Assembly (NCBI GenBank): GCA_951406725.2
Contig: OX597817.1
Location: 130,448,001 to 130,512,000 of the forward strand
Reading direction: 5' to 3'
Length of the DNA: 64,000 nt
Origin: Octopus vulgaris
Lineage: Eukaryota
Shown here: in pieces, positions 1 through 13,746 of the stretch
Layout of the letters: each line of letters begins with the position of its first letter
Numbering within the stretch: the stretch's first letter is position 1
Notes under the pieces: generated by a model
Databases searched by the model: none
What the model was told of the DNA's origin: nothing
Seen by the model: the letters and a program-made list of their open reading frames with translations, nothing else
Made by a program: the position numbers and the translations under genes

Positions 1-137
1 TACATATATATATACATACATATATATATATACATATATATATACATATATATATATACATATATATATACATATACATATATATACATATACATATATA
101 TACATATATGTACATATACATATATATACATATATAC

Positions 138-200
<63 letters not shown>

Positions 201-321
201 CATATATATATATACATATACATATATATATATACATATATATATATACATATATATACATATATATATATACATATATATATACATATATATACATATA
301 TATATACATATATATATATAC

Positions 322-361
<40 letters not shown>

Positions 362-375
362 ACATATATATATAT

Positions 376-435
<60 letters not shown>

Positions 436-438
436 CAG

Positions 439-506
<68 letters not shown>

Positions 507-510
507 GCAG

Positions 511-553
<43 letters not shown>

Positions 554-627
554 AATATTTATGTATATATGTGTGTGATTTTTTTTTAACGAAATATATA
601 TTCATGATATATATATATATATATATA
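1..627. repeat. (TA)n/(TATACA)n compound microsatellite
   Basis: Almost pure TA/TACA units; explains the YI-rich ORF 108..578. Confidence 0.95.
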
Positions 628-639
628 GTTTCAAAAATA

Positions 640-942
640 TTCCGAAATATTTCACTGTCGGCTGCTACGACTTGCAAGGTAACTGTCACCCATTGTAAGC
701 AAGCAAGTCGAACGACCTAGCTGGCTAGCTAACTTTCTACCTACCTACCTGTTAACCTAACGTATTCAAATCACGGACGACAAACAGCTACAGGTATTCC
801 TGTGTACCAACGTGTTTACGTCACGCCTTTTGTGCTCACGTAGACACCCGAAGGAAATTTCAAAAATAAACTTAACCTGGACCATCGGTGGTGAGGGACT
901 TCTTTTTGAAGTTTGTAAATTACAAAATACAAAAAGGTACGT
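640..942 (+). other. candidate non-coding first exon / promoter-proximal region with splice donor
   Basis: Unique CpG-rich sequence ending in AAG|GTACGT (GT at 937). No transcript evidence. Confidence 0.3.
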
Positions 943-1039
943 GTTTCGTTATCATTATTATTATTTGTATTAATGTTTCGCGCGAGATTAAAATTTTTTT
1001 TAAAGATGTTTTATTTTTAATTTTCCGCGTTTAAGACGG

Positions 1040-1095
<56 letters not shown>

Positions 1096-4000
1096 TTGTT
1101 TTACGAACTAAGGTTTTGAAAGCATTTCGTTATTTTCTTCGATCGTCCTATTTCTTTACTGCCATTTAAAACTCCGATAAAATACGGAAAAAACTTCATA
1201 TGTTATTTAAGTTGATTAAACTAATTCGAAAGTAACTCGCTACTTGTTAAAGGTGTTGCGTTACCTGTAATATGATATTCCACTAACTCGCACTCCAATC
1301 AATTTTTACTCGCCGGTTTATATTTTACCGTAATAGCCGCTTATTATGATAATGCCATCAAAATATCTGTCTCAGACATATTGAGGATATTGTTTAATAT
1401 TATCTACAGATTATTGTTTTCTAAAGTGGTCCCATTAAAGATCCTAATAATCATTTCAACTTTGTACTCACACACTTATGTATATTCAAAATGTCCCACG
1501 TCGTTTTTACCTGAACAGTCTTAAGCCCCTCTTTTACAACATTGCCTAAACCTATAATTATTATTTTGTCAATCTTTGTTAATGAAATATAGATTGTGTT
1601 TATATATATATATAGTGACAGTTATGATATTCAAAACGAACATATATATATATATACACACACTTTTCTGTCTGACTATATCTATACATACATACGAGTG
1701 TGTGAATTTACAGGTACGTGTGTGCCATATTGCCTGTAAGCTATTGGAGGGTGGGTTCCGTTTTAAATTTTTATGTTTGACTTTTAAGTATACCTATCTT
1801 TCACTTTTTTCTTCTAGTCATTTTCTTTAGAACGTTGACACCTCTCAATTGCAATAGCTTCTCCACATTCCACCATTAATAACAGATGTTATTGGCAAGA
1901 ATATGGCAAACAAACACGAAGAACCCCATTCTAATATTTATAATTTAATCGTATTATAATCTTACTGCATATATGTATATTTTTCACCCTCCAAATCTCT
2001 GGAGGTTGTGTCTGTTAGAAATCGTTATCACCGGCTGGTAAATTTTGAAAATCGATAGCGCACCTCCGGACAAAAAGTTTTGTGCTATTTCAATTACACC
2101 TCTTTATATCAGTGTTTTCTAACATGAGTGTTACAAAACTAAACAGGTGCGTTGTGAAATTGTCCGTGGTCATATTATTTTCTTACTGGTATTTTTTTTT
2201 CTTTCCACATTCGTAAATTAAACAGCAACTTCTTTGGGCTGCTCATGCATACTCTCAAACGAATCTGAAAACTTGCTATTTAACGGTTATATAGTTTTCA
2301 TTAAGTATGCATATTTATTGTATGTCGTGTCACTTTTAGTGGTATCAAAAATGTTTTGCCATTTTTAACCTTTTGACAGGAATGACAAATTTCCCTGGCG
2401 TCCATGCATCGTATATACACATTCTGATTTATTTTTTCCAACTTGGAACTTACGAAAGGAAACCTTTATATTACTCAGAACGTATGAAACTAAGACCAAA
2501 TAAAAGTCTGAAGACAGGCATGGACGTTTCAGACAAACTTATGAAAATGCTTTGGACAGACAAAATATTAAAAAGTTGAAAAGCATTACCATAACATTTT
2601 GCGTTCAAATCCCGCCGGTGTCGACTTTGCCATTCATTCTCTCTCTAAATACACAACTATAAACTTTGATATTTTGTAGGGCAATATTAAAAGGTCATTT
2701 AGAATCTTTTAATCTACAGCTTATGAATATATCTATTTGGGACATTAACAGATTAAGCCTTTTGAAGGGAAGTCATCTTGCATTCTCCCATAATTCCTTC
2801 ACCTATAAAATTTGAGCTATTCAGGTATAACGTGAACACTGTTCAACAGGTAAAACTTTTGGCGAGTGAAATCGTGGAATTCTGTTCGATTTCTCTCATT
2901 TCAGTTTTGCTGATAGTAGTCCTTAGTGAGCCATGAACATCACAACTTCCTATTTTTCAATCTCGCATAAAAAATTAATAAAACTTTGTTTTGATCCAAT
3001 TCAAAAAATTAACATTCAGGTAATCTTTTGAGTTTAGTACATGAAACGTGACAAGTTCGCGTGTTAGATAAAGTGGGGAATTTTTAATATCTCCACTAAA
3101 GCAAGTAGTTTTTCAATAAATTGATTTAAATTTCCTATTACATGTATTGTTTTTGATATAAGTTTACTCGCTGCAACGTCCCGGCAAACTAAATCGATAA
3201 CCCGGCTTCGAAATCCGATTGAATTTATTCGTTTTTTCACTTCACAAGCATTAACCCCTACAGGTGAAAGTCCCTAAAACACACACAGTGTGACAATATG
3301 CTATTTTCTTTACTTGTCCATTAATTATAAGTAGTGTTAGTTTGTGGTAATTGATGAAAACTGAATTTTCGTAGTGGCCCGTCATCTAAAAAAAAAAAAA
3401 AGCAAATTTACTACGATGCTGTTTATAGTCAAAATTTTAAAATAAGTTTATCTTTATATTAGTTGTAGTTTCGTGAGACTGGTAGACAAAGTAGGTCACT
3501 ATTATCACAGAAATTTTTCCCTCGAAAACTGACTGATTCAGTGATCACATTTTCTGCCTCCCACTAATCTGAATTCATATATGCCTTCTATTATCATTAT
3601 TATAAGATAGTTTTTGAACGAGAAAAATCATCCAACGAATTTCTTTAAAAGAAGTTATGCATTTTCGCTTAATGTTATCTGGACACAAATACAGGGAACG
3701 TGTGTGTGTGTGTTACCTGAGATTTTTTTTATACATGTGGCTGCATGTATTTGCGTTCGCTATATATACATGTGTGTGTGTGAACTTCAACGTTACTCAG
3801 AAACTTTATTCATTTATGAAGCTTCATGACTTTAACACTTTCCCTGTCCAAAATATTTTCTTAAGCTTGTCCTAAACGAAAGCATAAATCCCAAATTAAT
3901 CTGATCGATAACTAAATTAGGGATGTGTATCATATATGATGCATGGATGCCAGGTAAATGTCCTGTGTATCGACAGAAAAAGTGGTTAATAATTAGAATT

Positions 4001-4329
4001 TTCTGTTTTAATAAACATGCATTCTATATAAAGCTGTTCGCTGTTGGGATAAAAACAAACAAAAGCCGTAACTGCAAACTTAGTGTTGGAGTGAGTAGTG
4101 GCAGGACAGGCTGTGCCACGCCCGAGACTAGGTATTGATTGTCGCTACTTTATGTGCACACTTGACGCTAATTTACGAAATGCCTTCGCAAAACGCTTAT
4201 ATGTGACTACTTATTTTCTTGAGTCTCCTTTCCCTGTTCTGCCTGTACTTGATAGTTTTTGTCGCATGTGGCCGGAACACGTGAATTATATTTAACGACG
4301 TTTGATTGTTTCATTGTTATGTATATATT

Positions 4330-4492
4330 AAGGCGGCGAGCTGGAAGAATCGTTAGCAGCATTTCGTTCGTCTTTACAATCTGAGTTTAAATTCCGCCGA
4401 GGTCGATTTTGCCTATCATACTTTTGGGGGTCAATGTAATCGACTTATACCTTCCCCCGAAATTGCTGGCCTTATTTCAGATTTTGAAACCA
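4330..4492 (+). mobile_element. SINE family B (tRNA-derived), internally deleted
   Basis: Head aaggcggcgagctgg..gaatcgttagc, then B-box-like gagtttaaattccgccgaggtcga, shared with many copies in the window. Confidence 0.8.
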
Positions 4493-5017
4493 TTATTACG
4501 TGTATTATAACATTGTACACTATGAGATGAAGTACATATATATATATATATATGAATAAGAGAGAGGTAACAGGCCTGTAATCGCGTTCACCACATATTC
4601 AGTGTGTTCACATAGCCGGTTCTAATACATACATATACACACACAAGCACTTGTGTGTGAAGCAGTATTTAGTTATGTTCCTCTTCAAATATCTTCACCT
4701 AGTATCGATTCAGTCGTCTATATAGATTCGCTTCCTCTTGAAATAAACGTATCTGTTAAATGCTGCATTTTAAGTTCAAACCCGACCGGGTTTTGTCTTT
4801 GCTTTTCCAAAGGAGGACGACAAAAGTTAGAGCTGATAACTTATATATTACGGATGGTGACCTTTTATTCCTATCTACACATCTTTGCCATCAACTGTTT
4901 GGCATATGTTGGTGCTTTTCGCTAAACTTAATGTGAACTGGTCGAACAGACTTATGATCAAAAATATTCCGGCCATGACTATCCTGTCTTTTTGTAAATC
5001 AGCATCAGTAGGGTATA

Positions 5018-5360
5018 GGCGCAATCGTTGTTAAGATGTTCCGGGTTCTGTTCCACCTTGGGGAAGTGTCTTCTCCAATAGCTTCAGGCCGACCAAAGCA
5101 CTGTGAGTGGATTTGGTAGATGGAAACTGAAAGAAGCTTGTCGAATATCTGTGTTTGTCCTCTACCATAGCTTGACAACCGGTGCTGGTTTGTTTGCGTG
5201 TCCGTCACTTAGCGGTTCGGCAAAGAGACCAATACAGTTGGTACCAGGATTTAAAAAAGAATAAGTCTTTTGGGTCAATTCGTTCGACTAAAACCTTTCA
5301 AGGCGGTGCTCCAGCCAGCATGGCTGCAGTCCAATGACTGAAACCTCTAACTAGTAAAAG
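5018..5360 (+). mobile_element. SINE family A (tRNA-derived), A1 tail
   Basis: Contains gtgagtggatttggtagatggaaactgaaagaagc and the tail aaggcggtgctccag..catggctgcagtc..tgactgaaac. Confidence 0.85.
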
Positions 5361-6447
5361 GGTGTGTGATAATGCAGGCGATTTTGTTACCATTTGCTAC
5401 CGTAGAGACTCGACAACTCCATTTGTCTTCGTTGATAATCACGTGATACCTAATCTATTTCTGAAAATAGTTTTTTGTTGTTTTTTTTTCTTTTTACTTT
5501 ACTATGATTGTTGAGAAATCTATACGAAAGTTGTTAAATTTCAATAGCCTTTTTCCATATATTGATTGTTATTATATTTTTTTTGTCATATTTTGGCCAC
5601 CGCTTTTATAAGTTCTCAGTAAATACCTATATTGAGGATTAGGACGGTGGCAATCTTAACTGCCACTGTGTGTGTGGAATAGGGAACCTGCATTCAAACG
5701 GGTCACGGTTAGTTGGTTGTCAGTTGAATATATTGACTATACATACGTCTCTGTATCTAGAAGGTGTGGCTTTACACGTGTGTGTGTATAATAAATGTAT
5801 TTATACAACGTCTGCTCTATGATTTTTACAATAACACCCGGGCGACCCTGTGGGAGGCTCTACATGGTCGCATGATCAGCTAGAAATAGCAACTAAATAT
5901 ACCTATCGACTATTAAACTAAATGATTCCTAGATATTCTGCACGGATAAAAACACTGGATCGTCATTGTTTTTCGACTTGGATTGCCTTATTGCTAAGTA
6001 AACAGCAGTAATACCATTTGGGAGTTTCTGCTCCAGAGTGAAGTGAGCGCTAGCATACATGATACAGTGAACCAAGAAAGACTGTGATCTTTAGTATTTT
6101 AGCACAACTCAGAACATGTTTCGCTCTTATTAGACTTCCTTCGTGAAGCGTAGTCTAACTGAGAATGAGGAACTTCTTGCAATACTGTATTGTCATCCTC
6201 GATTCTCAGCATCTTTTGCTTGTGTGTATGTCTTTTATCTTACATTAGTTTCGGTCGTTGCAGTAGGGTACCGTCCTCAAGGATTTAGTTGAAGAGATCG
6301 AACACAGTACTTATTGTACCGCGCTCTTCTTGTCGAACTGCAATGTAAGCAAGACAAAACTGGTTGTCAAGAGGTACTGGGACCCACCACCCATATATAT
6401 GCATGCACATATATGCATATATATATACATACATATATATGTGTATA

Positions 6448-7490
6448 CTCTTTACTTTTTTGTTTCAGTCATTTTGACTGCGGCCATGCTGGAGTACCGC
6501 ACTTAGTCAAGAAAATCGACCCCAGGACTTATTCTTTGTAAGCCTAGTACTTATTCTATCGCTAAGTTACGGGAACGTAAACACACCAGCATTGGTTGTC
6601 AAGCGATGCTGGGGACACACACAAACATATACACACACACACATATATATATGTGTATATATATATGTATGTATGTGTGTATATATATATGTGTGTATAC
6701 ATATATGTATATATTTATATCTATGTGTACATATCTATGTGTATATATCTGTGTATATATGTATGTGTATATATATGTATATTTGTATATATATATATGT
6801 ATATATACGTGTGTATATACATATATGTATATGTATGTATACATATATGTATATGTATGTATACATATATGTATATGTATGTATACATATATGTATATGT
6901 ATGTATACATATATGTATATGTATGTATACATATTTGTATATGTATGTATACATATTTGTATATGTATGTATACATATTTGTATATGTATGTATACATAT
7001 TTGTATATGTATGTATACATATATGTATGTGTATGTATGTATGTGTATATATGTGTATGTATGTATATGTATATATGTATGTATATGTATATATGCATAT
7101 ATATATATACATATGCATATATGTTTATATGTGTATGTGTATATATGTATGTATATGTATATATGCATATATATATATACATATGCATATATGTTTATAT
7201 GTGTATGTGTATATATGTATGTATATATATGTATATATGCCTATATATACATATGCATATATGTTTATATGTGTATATATATTTATACATATGCATATAT
7301 GTTTATATGTGTATATATATTTATGCATATGTATAAATGTAAGACTTATTACAGATTTTGCTTGTCACTGTTTTATGGGGTCAGTTTTAATTTATAGACT
7401 AGTCTATCAAATTCTGCCCAAAGTACCACGCACTGGGACTGAACCCTAAACCACATAGTTGAGAAGCAAGCTTCTTACCACACAGCCACT
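6448..7490 (-). mobile_element. SINE family A with a ~720-bp expanded internal TA/TG microsatellite
   Basis: Tail at 6448-6615, head at ~7415-7490, microsatellite at ~6616-7338 in between. Confidence 0.85.
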
Positions 7491-7494
7491 TTAT

Positions 7495-7536
<42 letters not shown>

Positions 7537-7804
7537 TTATAGTTTAATGGTCCATGTAGCAAAAGCGGGTGAGAAAGTGGGACATGTGTAGGTAATCGTG
7601 AAAAAAAAAACTCTCAATGCGGATGATAATCACTTTTTTTTTTTTTTTTTTTCACAAATCTCTAAATCACTTTACTCCCTACACCACAGTAGCCAAACCG
7701 GATTTCGTCGATAATTCATTTCTAAGAAGTAGATAAATATTCATAATATTGCTAATAACGTGTTTGTTTGGCTTTTTTTGGCCTTTTTTTTTTCCTGATG
7801 GTTT

Positions 7805-8214
7805 TATCTTTTACTCATTTCAGTTATTAGACTGCGGTCATGCTGGAGCACCGCCTTGAAAAATTTAAGTCGAACGAATCGGCATCAATACTTTTTCTGT
7901 TGTTGTTGTTTTAAGCCTGATACTTATTATGTCGGCCTCCTTGCCGAACCGCTAGATCACAGGGACGTAAGCACACCATCACCGGTTGTCAGGCAATGGA
8001 GGAGGAGCACACACGCACACATATATATACATACACACACACACACACACTCACAAAACGGGCTTCTTACAGTTTTCGTCTACCAGATCTAATCACAAGT
8101 TTTTGGTCGGCCCGAGGCTGTTGTAGAAGACACTGTCCTCAAGTGCCACGCAATGAGACTGAACCCAAAACCATGTGGTTCGGAAGCAAACTTCTTACCA
8201 CGCAGCCACGCCTA
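7805..8214 (-). mobile_element. SINE family A, A1 tail
   Basis: Full head and tail modules in reverse orientation, with an internal (CA)n tract. Confidence 0.85.
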
Positions 8215-9547
8215 CGTCGTTATTTATCCTTATGCAGTCCGGAAATGACGTTTCATGTGTCACTCGTTTAAAAAGTCATTAATGAAGATTATTCATCACC
8301 TTTTTTTTTTTTGTCCATAATTTTGAAAATTTAGCCTGACTGCCTTGTCCTTTTCGTATGTTAAGGTGGGGGCAAAAAAAAATCATGTATAGTTAGTGAT
8401 ATTACTCCCTCGCCCGCTTTTCTAGGAGGTCAGTTTTACTAGAGCCAATCCTATTGCATGAGACGAATTTTATAAATTATTGAACGTGACATCGGCCTTC
8501 GTCATCCATTCAGCGCTTTCACTTCCAGGAACCCCGCATTAACTACTGGCAATTATTTCCATCTTTCTCATTTCACTGCCAGTAACTTCTAAATGTTTAA
8601 ACAGGTATGACTGGTTAAGAAGCTCGTTTTGCAACCTAGTGGCTTCGGGTTCGATCCACTGCACAGTACCATGGGCAAGCGTTTTCTATAGCCTTGGGTC
8701 GACCAATACCTTGTGAGTGAATTTGTTAGACGGAAACTGCGTGAAAGCTTTCGTGAGAGAGAGAGAGAGAGTTCCTCATCAAGAATCGCTCAGTTCGCTA
8801 CCTTAGAAACATCGAAAGAAAATAACATGAAACCCATGGAAAACAAAACGCTGTAGCCTTTTCTTTAAACATAATCTTGGAAGTGTATTATCCAATGTCT
8901 CAAGCTTAGTACAATGGATTTTAAGGGAGATTTGGTTGCTATATGTAACACGTCTGGGCTCTCCAACTGATTCGTGTGAGTTATATTATTGTGTCGTGGT
9001 TGTGAAAGAAATTTTGAAGTTTTTTTGACTGGAAATACTTAGCAGAAGGTGAACTTTGCTGATCTAGTCAGGCCTAAGGCATGCCCACATTGTATTTGAT
9101 ATAATGAGACTGAATAAAAGATATGGCTACGGTTAGAACGGCTCTGATCATAGTTCTGCTGGACCAGCACTGACGCCTTGTATGACAAGCATGTTTAATA
9201 ACGAACTAGTGGTAGGTCTTCTATGTGGTCATTCAACATGCTAGAAACAGCCAAATTTCTCTCAAACCATACTCTGACGCCTTGAAATAAAAAGGAATGA
9301 ACATACAGGATTGTGTATTCCTAGCTACTTTATATTTGGGCGATGGTCTGTTTCAGTCATTTGCGACTATGCTGGGGCATTGTTTTGTATGAACAAAAAA
9401 TATCGTTACAACGGGAACATCTTTGATCATAAGCCGGTTTGCATCTTGACTGACTTGGAGCTCAACAGCAACTATCTGTCTAACATGTATTAGATATAAT
9501 TAGTTTACTGTTAAATACATAAGGCGTCTGTATGCAAGATATGAAGG

Positions 9548-9786
9548 TGTATGAGTCAGTGGTTAGAGCATTGCGAGGTTGTGAGTTCGGTTCCAGAACT
9601 GGTCTGTGTGTTGTGTTCTTGAGCAAAGCACTTTCTTTCATGTTGCGTCTCCCGTTTTGTAGCGGTTCGGCAAAAAGACCGATAAAATAAGTACCAGGCT
9701 TCAAAAATAAGTACTGTGGTTAATTCATTCGGCTAAAAATTCCTAAAGACCGTGCCTCAGTATGGACACAGTCTAACAAGTAAAAT
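9548..9786 (+). mobile_element. chimeric SINE: family C head plus family A1 tail
   Basis: Head cagtggttagagcattg..gagttcg..gtgttcttgagcaaagcactt joined to tagcggttcggcaaaaagaccgataaaataagtacc. Confidence 0.6.
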
Positions 9787-10777
9787 ATATGTATTTTATT
9801 ACGTACAAAATTGAGACAGCCATTTGTCTAGGTCTCAAGAACAGAGAGAGTGGGGTTAGTGCTATGCTAGAGATCAGCCCTGATCCACAGAGTGGTTATG
9901 AAACTTCTCCCTCTATTCTCTATACTATTTTCCCGTTCCCGATCCTCTAACTCTCTCTCCCACATAATATGCTATAAAGTATACCTAAACGTTTTTATAA
10001 ATCAATACCGTGTACTACTGTGTTAGCAATGTACATAAACCAGGCGTTAAGGTCATCTCTATAGATTTTCTATAGAAATTAAAGCCAGCATGTCTGACGT
10101 TTCGGATATGAAACGTCGTGACAAAATCAGTGCTAGCTATAATTCCTTTAGAAAATCTGTGGAAATGACCTGCCTTGTGTATGTAAGTATGAGCTAACAG
10201 GGGAGATCTTTATTTGGTTGCTAGACTCGATAACTTAGATATGCTTCGGCCAAAGATTGGCCCAGGTGATGTCTAACCTGATAGGATCTGTTCAGTTATT
10301 TTAGAGCCAAGTAAGGAGTTGTTGATAAAGATGTATCCATGTAGGCAGCTTACCTGGTATCCCCTGAAGAAATTTATCCAGATTGAGTTTGAAGGCGATA
10401 AGATCTTTTTCTTCTTTGATTTGTTTGGAATAATGTTAAAAAGAGCAGGGTCTGTTGAGGAAAAGAAATTGTGTTGCAACCACGCTCTAGTTATGTGCTA
10501 GTAGATAGCTCAACATGCTATAAAATAGCAGCCATATTAACATATTTTGTTACTTTGATGCCATACTTGACTGCGTCTGTTATTGTGTGTGTGGGTGTAC
10601 TTCGTGAAAAGCTCGTAATTGAAATTTAATACACGCCTACATATTTTTGCGGCAAAAGTGTCCGTAGTACACCTAGTGACTGGTCATAGACACTGCAGTG
10701 GTACAGTGTTGGTGGCCAGGTCGCAGATAAATGAGTGATAAAACTAAAGGGCAGAAAACATGCGTTTTATATTAACA

Positions 10778-11141
10778 CTAGCAGTATCGCCCGGCGTTGC
10801 TCGGGTTTGTAAGGGAAATAACTATAAAGCATTTTTAGAGAGTTATAGCAAAAAAATGGAAAAAAAATTATTGTAATTTTTTTTTAGAGTTAAAAAGGTC
10901 GAGTTGCGTCCCCTAGACAGTCTGTGGTTTGTGTTTCTGATTCTCGACCCCATGTCGAATTTATCGATTTTTTTCAGAACTGGGGGAACTTTTCAAAATT
11001 TTCGCTGCGTTAGTTTTGAATTATGACATTGGGCTATGTGTGTGTCAAGTTTCATCAGAATCGGTTGAAAGCCGTGGTGAGGGTGAGGGTACAACCTGAC
11101 AGACACACAGACAGACAAACTGCCGTTTATATATAGAGAGA
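10778..11141 (-). mobile_element. non-autonomous Helitron, complete
   Basis: On the minus strand it starts TCTCTCTATATATAAACGGC and ends with the hairpin CCCGAGCAACGCCGGG plus CTAG; inserted between A and T with no TSD. Confidence 0.85.
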
Positions 11142-11339
11142 TCATGACTCTTGAATTTTGCTTAAGTGTGTATATGTGGGAGAAAAGAGAACAGATAGAC
11201 TGACACGCATAACTAACGTTTACTTAGGTATAGAACTGTCAGATAAAATATCTTAGTTATTAGTAATAAACTGGCGGAAATCCTCTACTGTCCACCTCCT
11301 CATGCATATTGATTACTCCCCCTCTCTCACTCCCTCTCT

Positions 11340-11387
<48 letters not shown>

Positions 11388-11640
11388 TACACTATGCACG
11401 CATTTAACATTTAACCTATATCGATATATAGATATACGTCTGAACATGTTTATGGAGGTGGCGTTAGTGATAACAAAAGTTGAGATTTGCGACTTCGTTG
11501 GTCACTGAAATGCTGTCGATAGGAAGCCCTCTGTATTACAAAGCAAACGAACGGTGTCAATGTATAAATATACCTGTTGCCTTTGTTATTTTATACATTT
11601 GTTACTTTATACTTAGTTACTATACACACACACACACACA

Positions 11641-11943
11641 TATATATAAACGGCAAAATGTCTGTGTGTGTGTTCTTTATATAAATCCACAATTTTTCAG
11701 TTAGAGGGGTCGCACTTTCTATGGTCATTCAAAACCGTCCAAGTGTGGTCGTGCAAATCTTTACATTTCCCCAGTCACCCAGCAAAGCCATTAAAAAATC
11801 AATACAAGTGACTTTTTTGTGAATTTTCTATCCGAAACTTGATACGCCAATTGAATGCCAGCTAGCTGTATGTGATTGGTCGGAGAATTGGACAGTACTC
11901 GCATGTATGTGCGCACGCATGCAGCTGTATATGCATGCACTAG

Positions 11944-11947
<4 letters not shown>
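11641..11947 (+). mobile_element. probable Helitron 5' portion
   Basis: Starts tatatataaacggca..tgtctgtgtgtg, like the 5' end of the 10778-11141 element; the body differs and no clear 3' end is seen. Confidence 0.5.
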
Positions 11948-11991
<44 letters not shown>

Positions 11992-12252
11992 TTCAGTCAT
12001 GAAACTGCAGCTATGTCAGGGTACAACCTTGAAGGGATTAGCATAAACAAAGCAACACCGAGTGTCAAGTAGTGGTAGGACACACATACACACACACATA
12101 AGGGTTATAAAACAAGGAGAAAACTGAACGTGATCCAGTAGCACTCTCAAAGCCACTCACCTGATGATGTGTCAGTTCACAGCTACTGCGAGATCATATT
12201 TATTTATATAATTGTTTATAAAATAATTTTTATAATAGTATATGGAAATCTC

Positions 12253-12656
12253 AGGTGGTGAGCTGGCAGAAACATTAGCACGCCAGGCGAAATGCGTGGC
12301 GGTATTTCGTCTGCCGCTACGTTCTGAGTTCAAATTCCGCCGAGGTCGACTTTGCCTTTCATCCTTTCAGGGTCGATTGAATAAGTACTAGTTACGCACT
12401 GGGGTCGATATAATCGACTTAATCCGTTTGTCTGTCCTTGTTTGTCCTCTGTGTTTAGCCCCTTGTGGGTAGTAAAGAAATAGGTATTTCGTCTGTTTTC
12501 ACATTCTAAGTTCAAATTTTGCCAAGGTCAACTTTGCCTTTCATCCTTTCGAGGTCAATAAATTAAGTACCAGTTGCAAACTCGGAGACCCCAGTATGCA
12601 ACTAATCGACTGGCCCCTCCCCAAAATTTCGGGCCTTGTACCCAGAGTAGAAAAGA
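12253..12656 (+). mobile_element. SINE family B followed by a second 5'-truncated copy
   Basis: The block ggtatttcgtctg..gttcaaatt..gcc(g/a)aggtc(g/a)actttgcctttcatcctttc occurs twice (12301 and 12483). Confidence 0.85.
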
Positions 12657-13707
12657 GTATATGGAAAACTCGACAATCAATAGCTGTTACCATTGCACAG
12701 AAACAATAGTTGTGATTTTTAATTAAATCTTGTTTATTCCATCTACTTGTTTTATGTGTATATAATAATTTGCTTGTAATTATATATAAATTTATAGGAT
12801 TCTTTCAGTTTCCGTCTACCAAGCCCATACTCCACTCACAAGGCTTTTGTTGGCCCAGGGATGTGTATAATACATGCATACCTTCACTGTTCGTTGGCAG
12901 ATGGCGAGGCGTTTTAAGTTTCCATTTTCATGAAAACTTATATCACTGATGTCACACTACACCGCCTTATAGTCGCCGTTACGACACCGCCCACTATCAC
13001 CCATTATTTTGACAACCACCACCAACACCACCACTGCTACTTCCACAACAATCAAGTGTGACAAAGCTAAGCTATGGAATGGGATTGTCAAAAAACAAGT
13101 CTCCTATTATTGTCAAGCTCAGTAACCTCAATAGTTCACAAATTTTCTAACCTGTTTTGCTGAATATATTTCGTATGTGTAGGTGGACTTCTTTGACTGC
13201 TCCCCCCTCTCTCTCTCTATCTCCCTCTCTCTCTTACAAACCTGAGAAAAGTGTATTTAAGGTAGTTTATTCCAGTTCACTGTTTTATACACACAGATTC
13301 ATAAGTGTAGGCGTGGCAATGTAATTAAGAAGCTTCCTTCTAATTATTGAGATTTGGTTTCAGTCCTACTGTGAAGCTTGGTAAGTCATATGTTATCAAC
13401 CATAACTCTGGGTTAAACAAAGCCTTCTGAGAGATTTGCAAGATGGATACTGAAAAAAGACTCATTCACCTTGCAAATCTCTCACAAGGCTTTGTTTGAG
13501 CCAGAGTTATAGTTGATCAGACATTAAATGTAACATCATCAACAAATAACAAGAGGACATGCACATGGAATGTAGTAGTTTGACTCTCGGTAAAAGGAGG
13601 GCTGTTAATGTTTCAGGCATAGCTCTTCATCAGAAAGGAAAGCGGAAAAGTCCAGAGAAGGAAAAATATCAGCAGCAGCACATGAGCAGTTACACTGCTG
13701 AAGTTAA

Positions 13708-13744
<37 letters not shown>

Positions 13745-13746
13745 TA

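Noticed and set aside
108-578. 156-aa YI-rich ORF
   Set aside because: Translation of a TA microsatellite.
6592-7449. Overlapping long ORFs on both strands
   Set aside because: Stop-free microsatellite inside a SINE.
10092-10123. Small hairpin gacgtttc/gaaacgtc
   Set aside because: Only an 8-bp perfect stem, and the hammerhead core is incomplete.
12161-12185. CTGATGA plus a short stem
   Set aside because: Not followed by GAAA.
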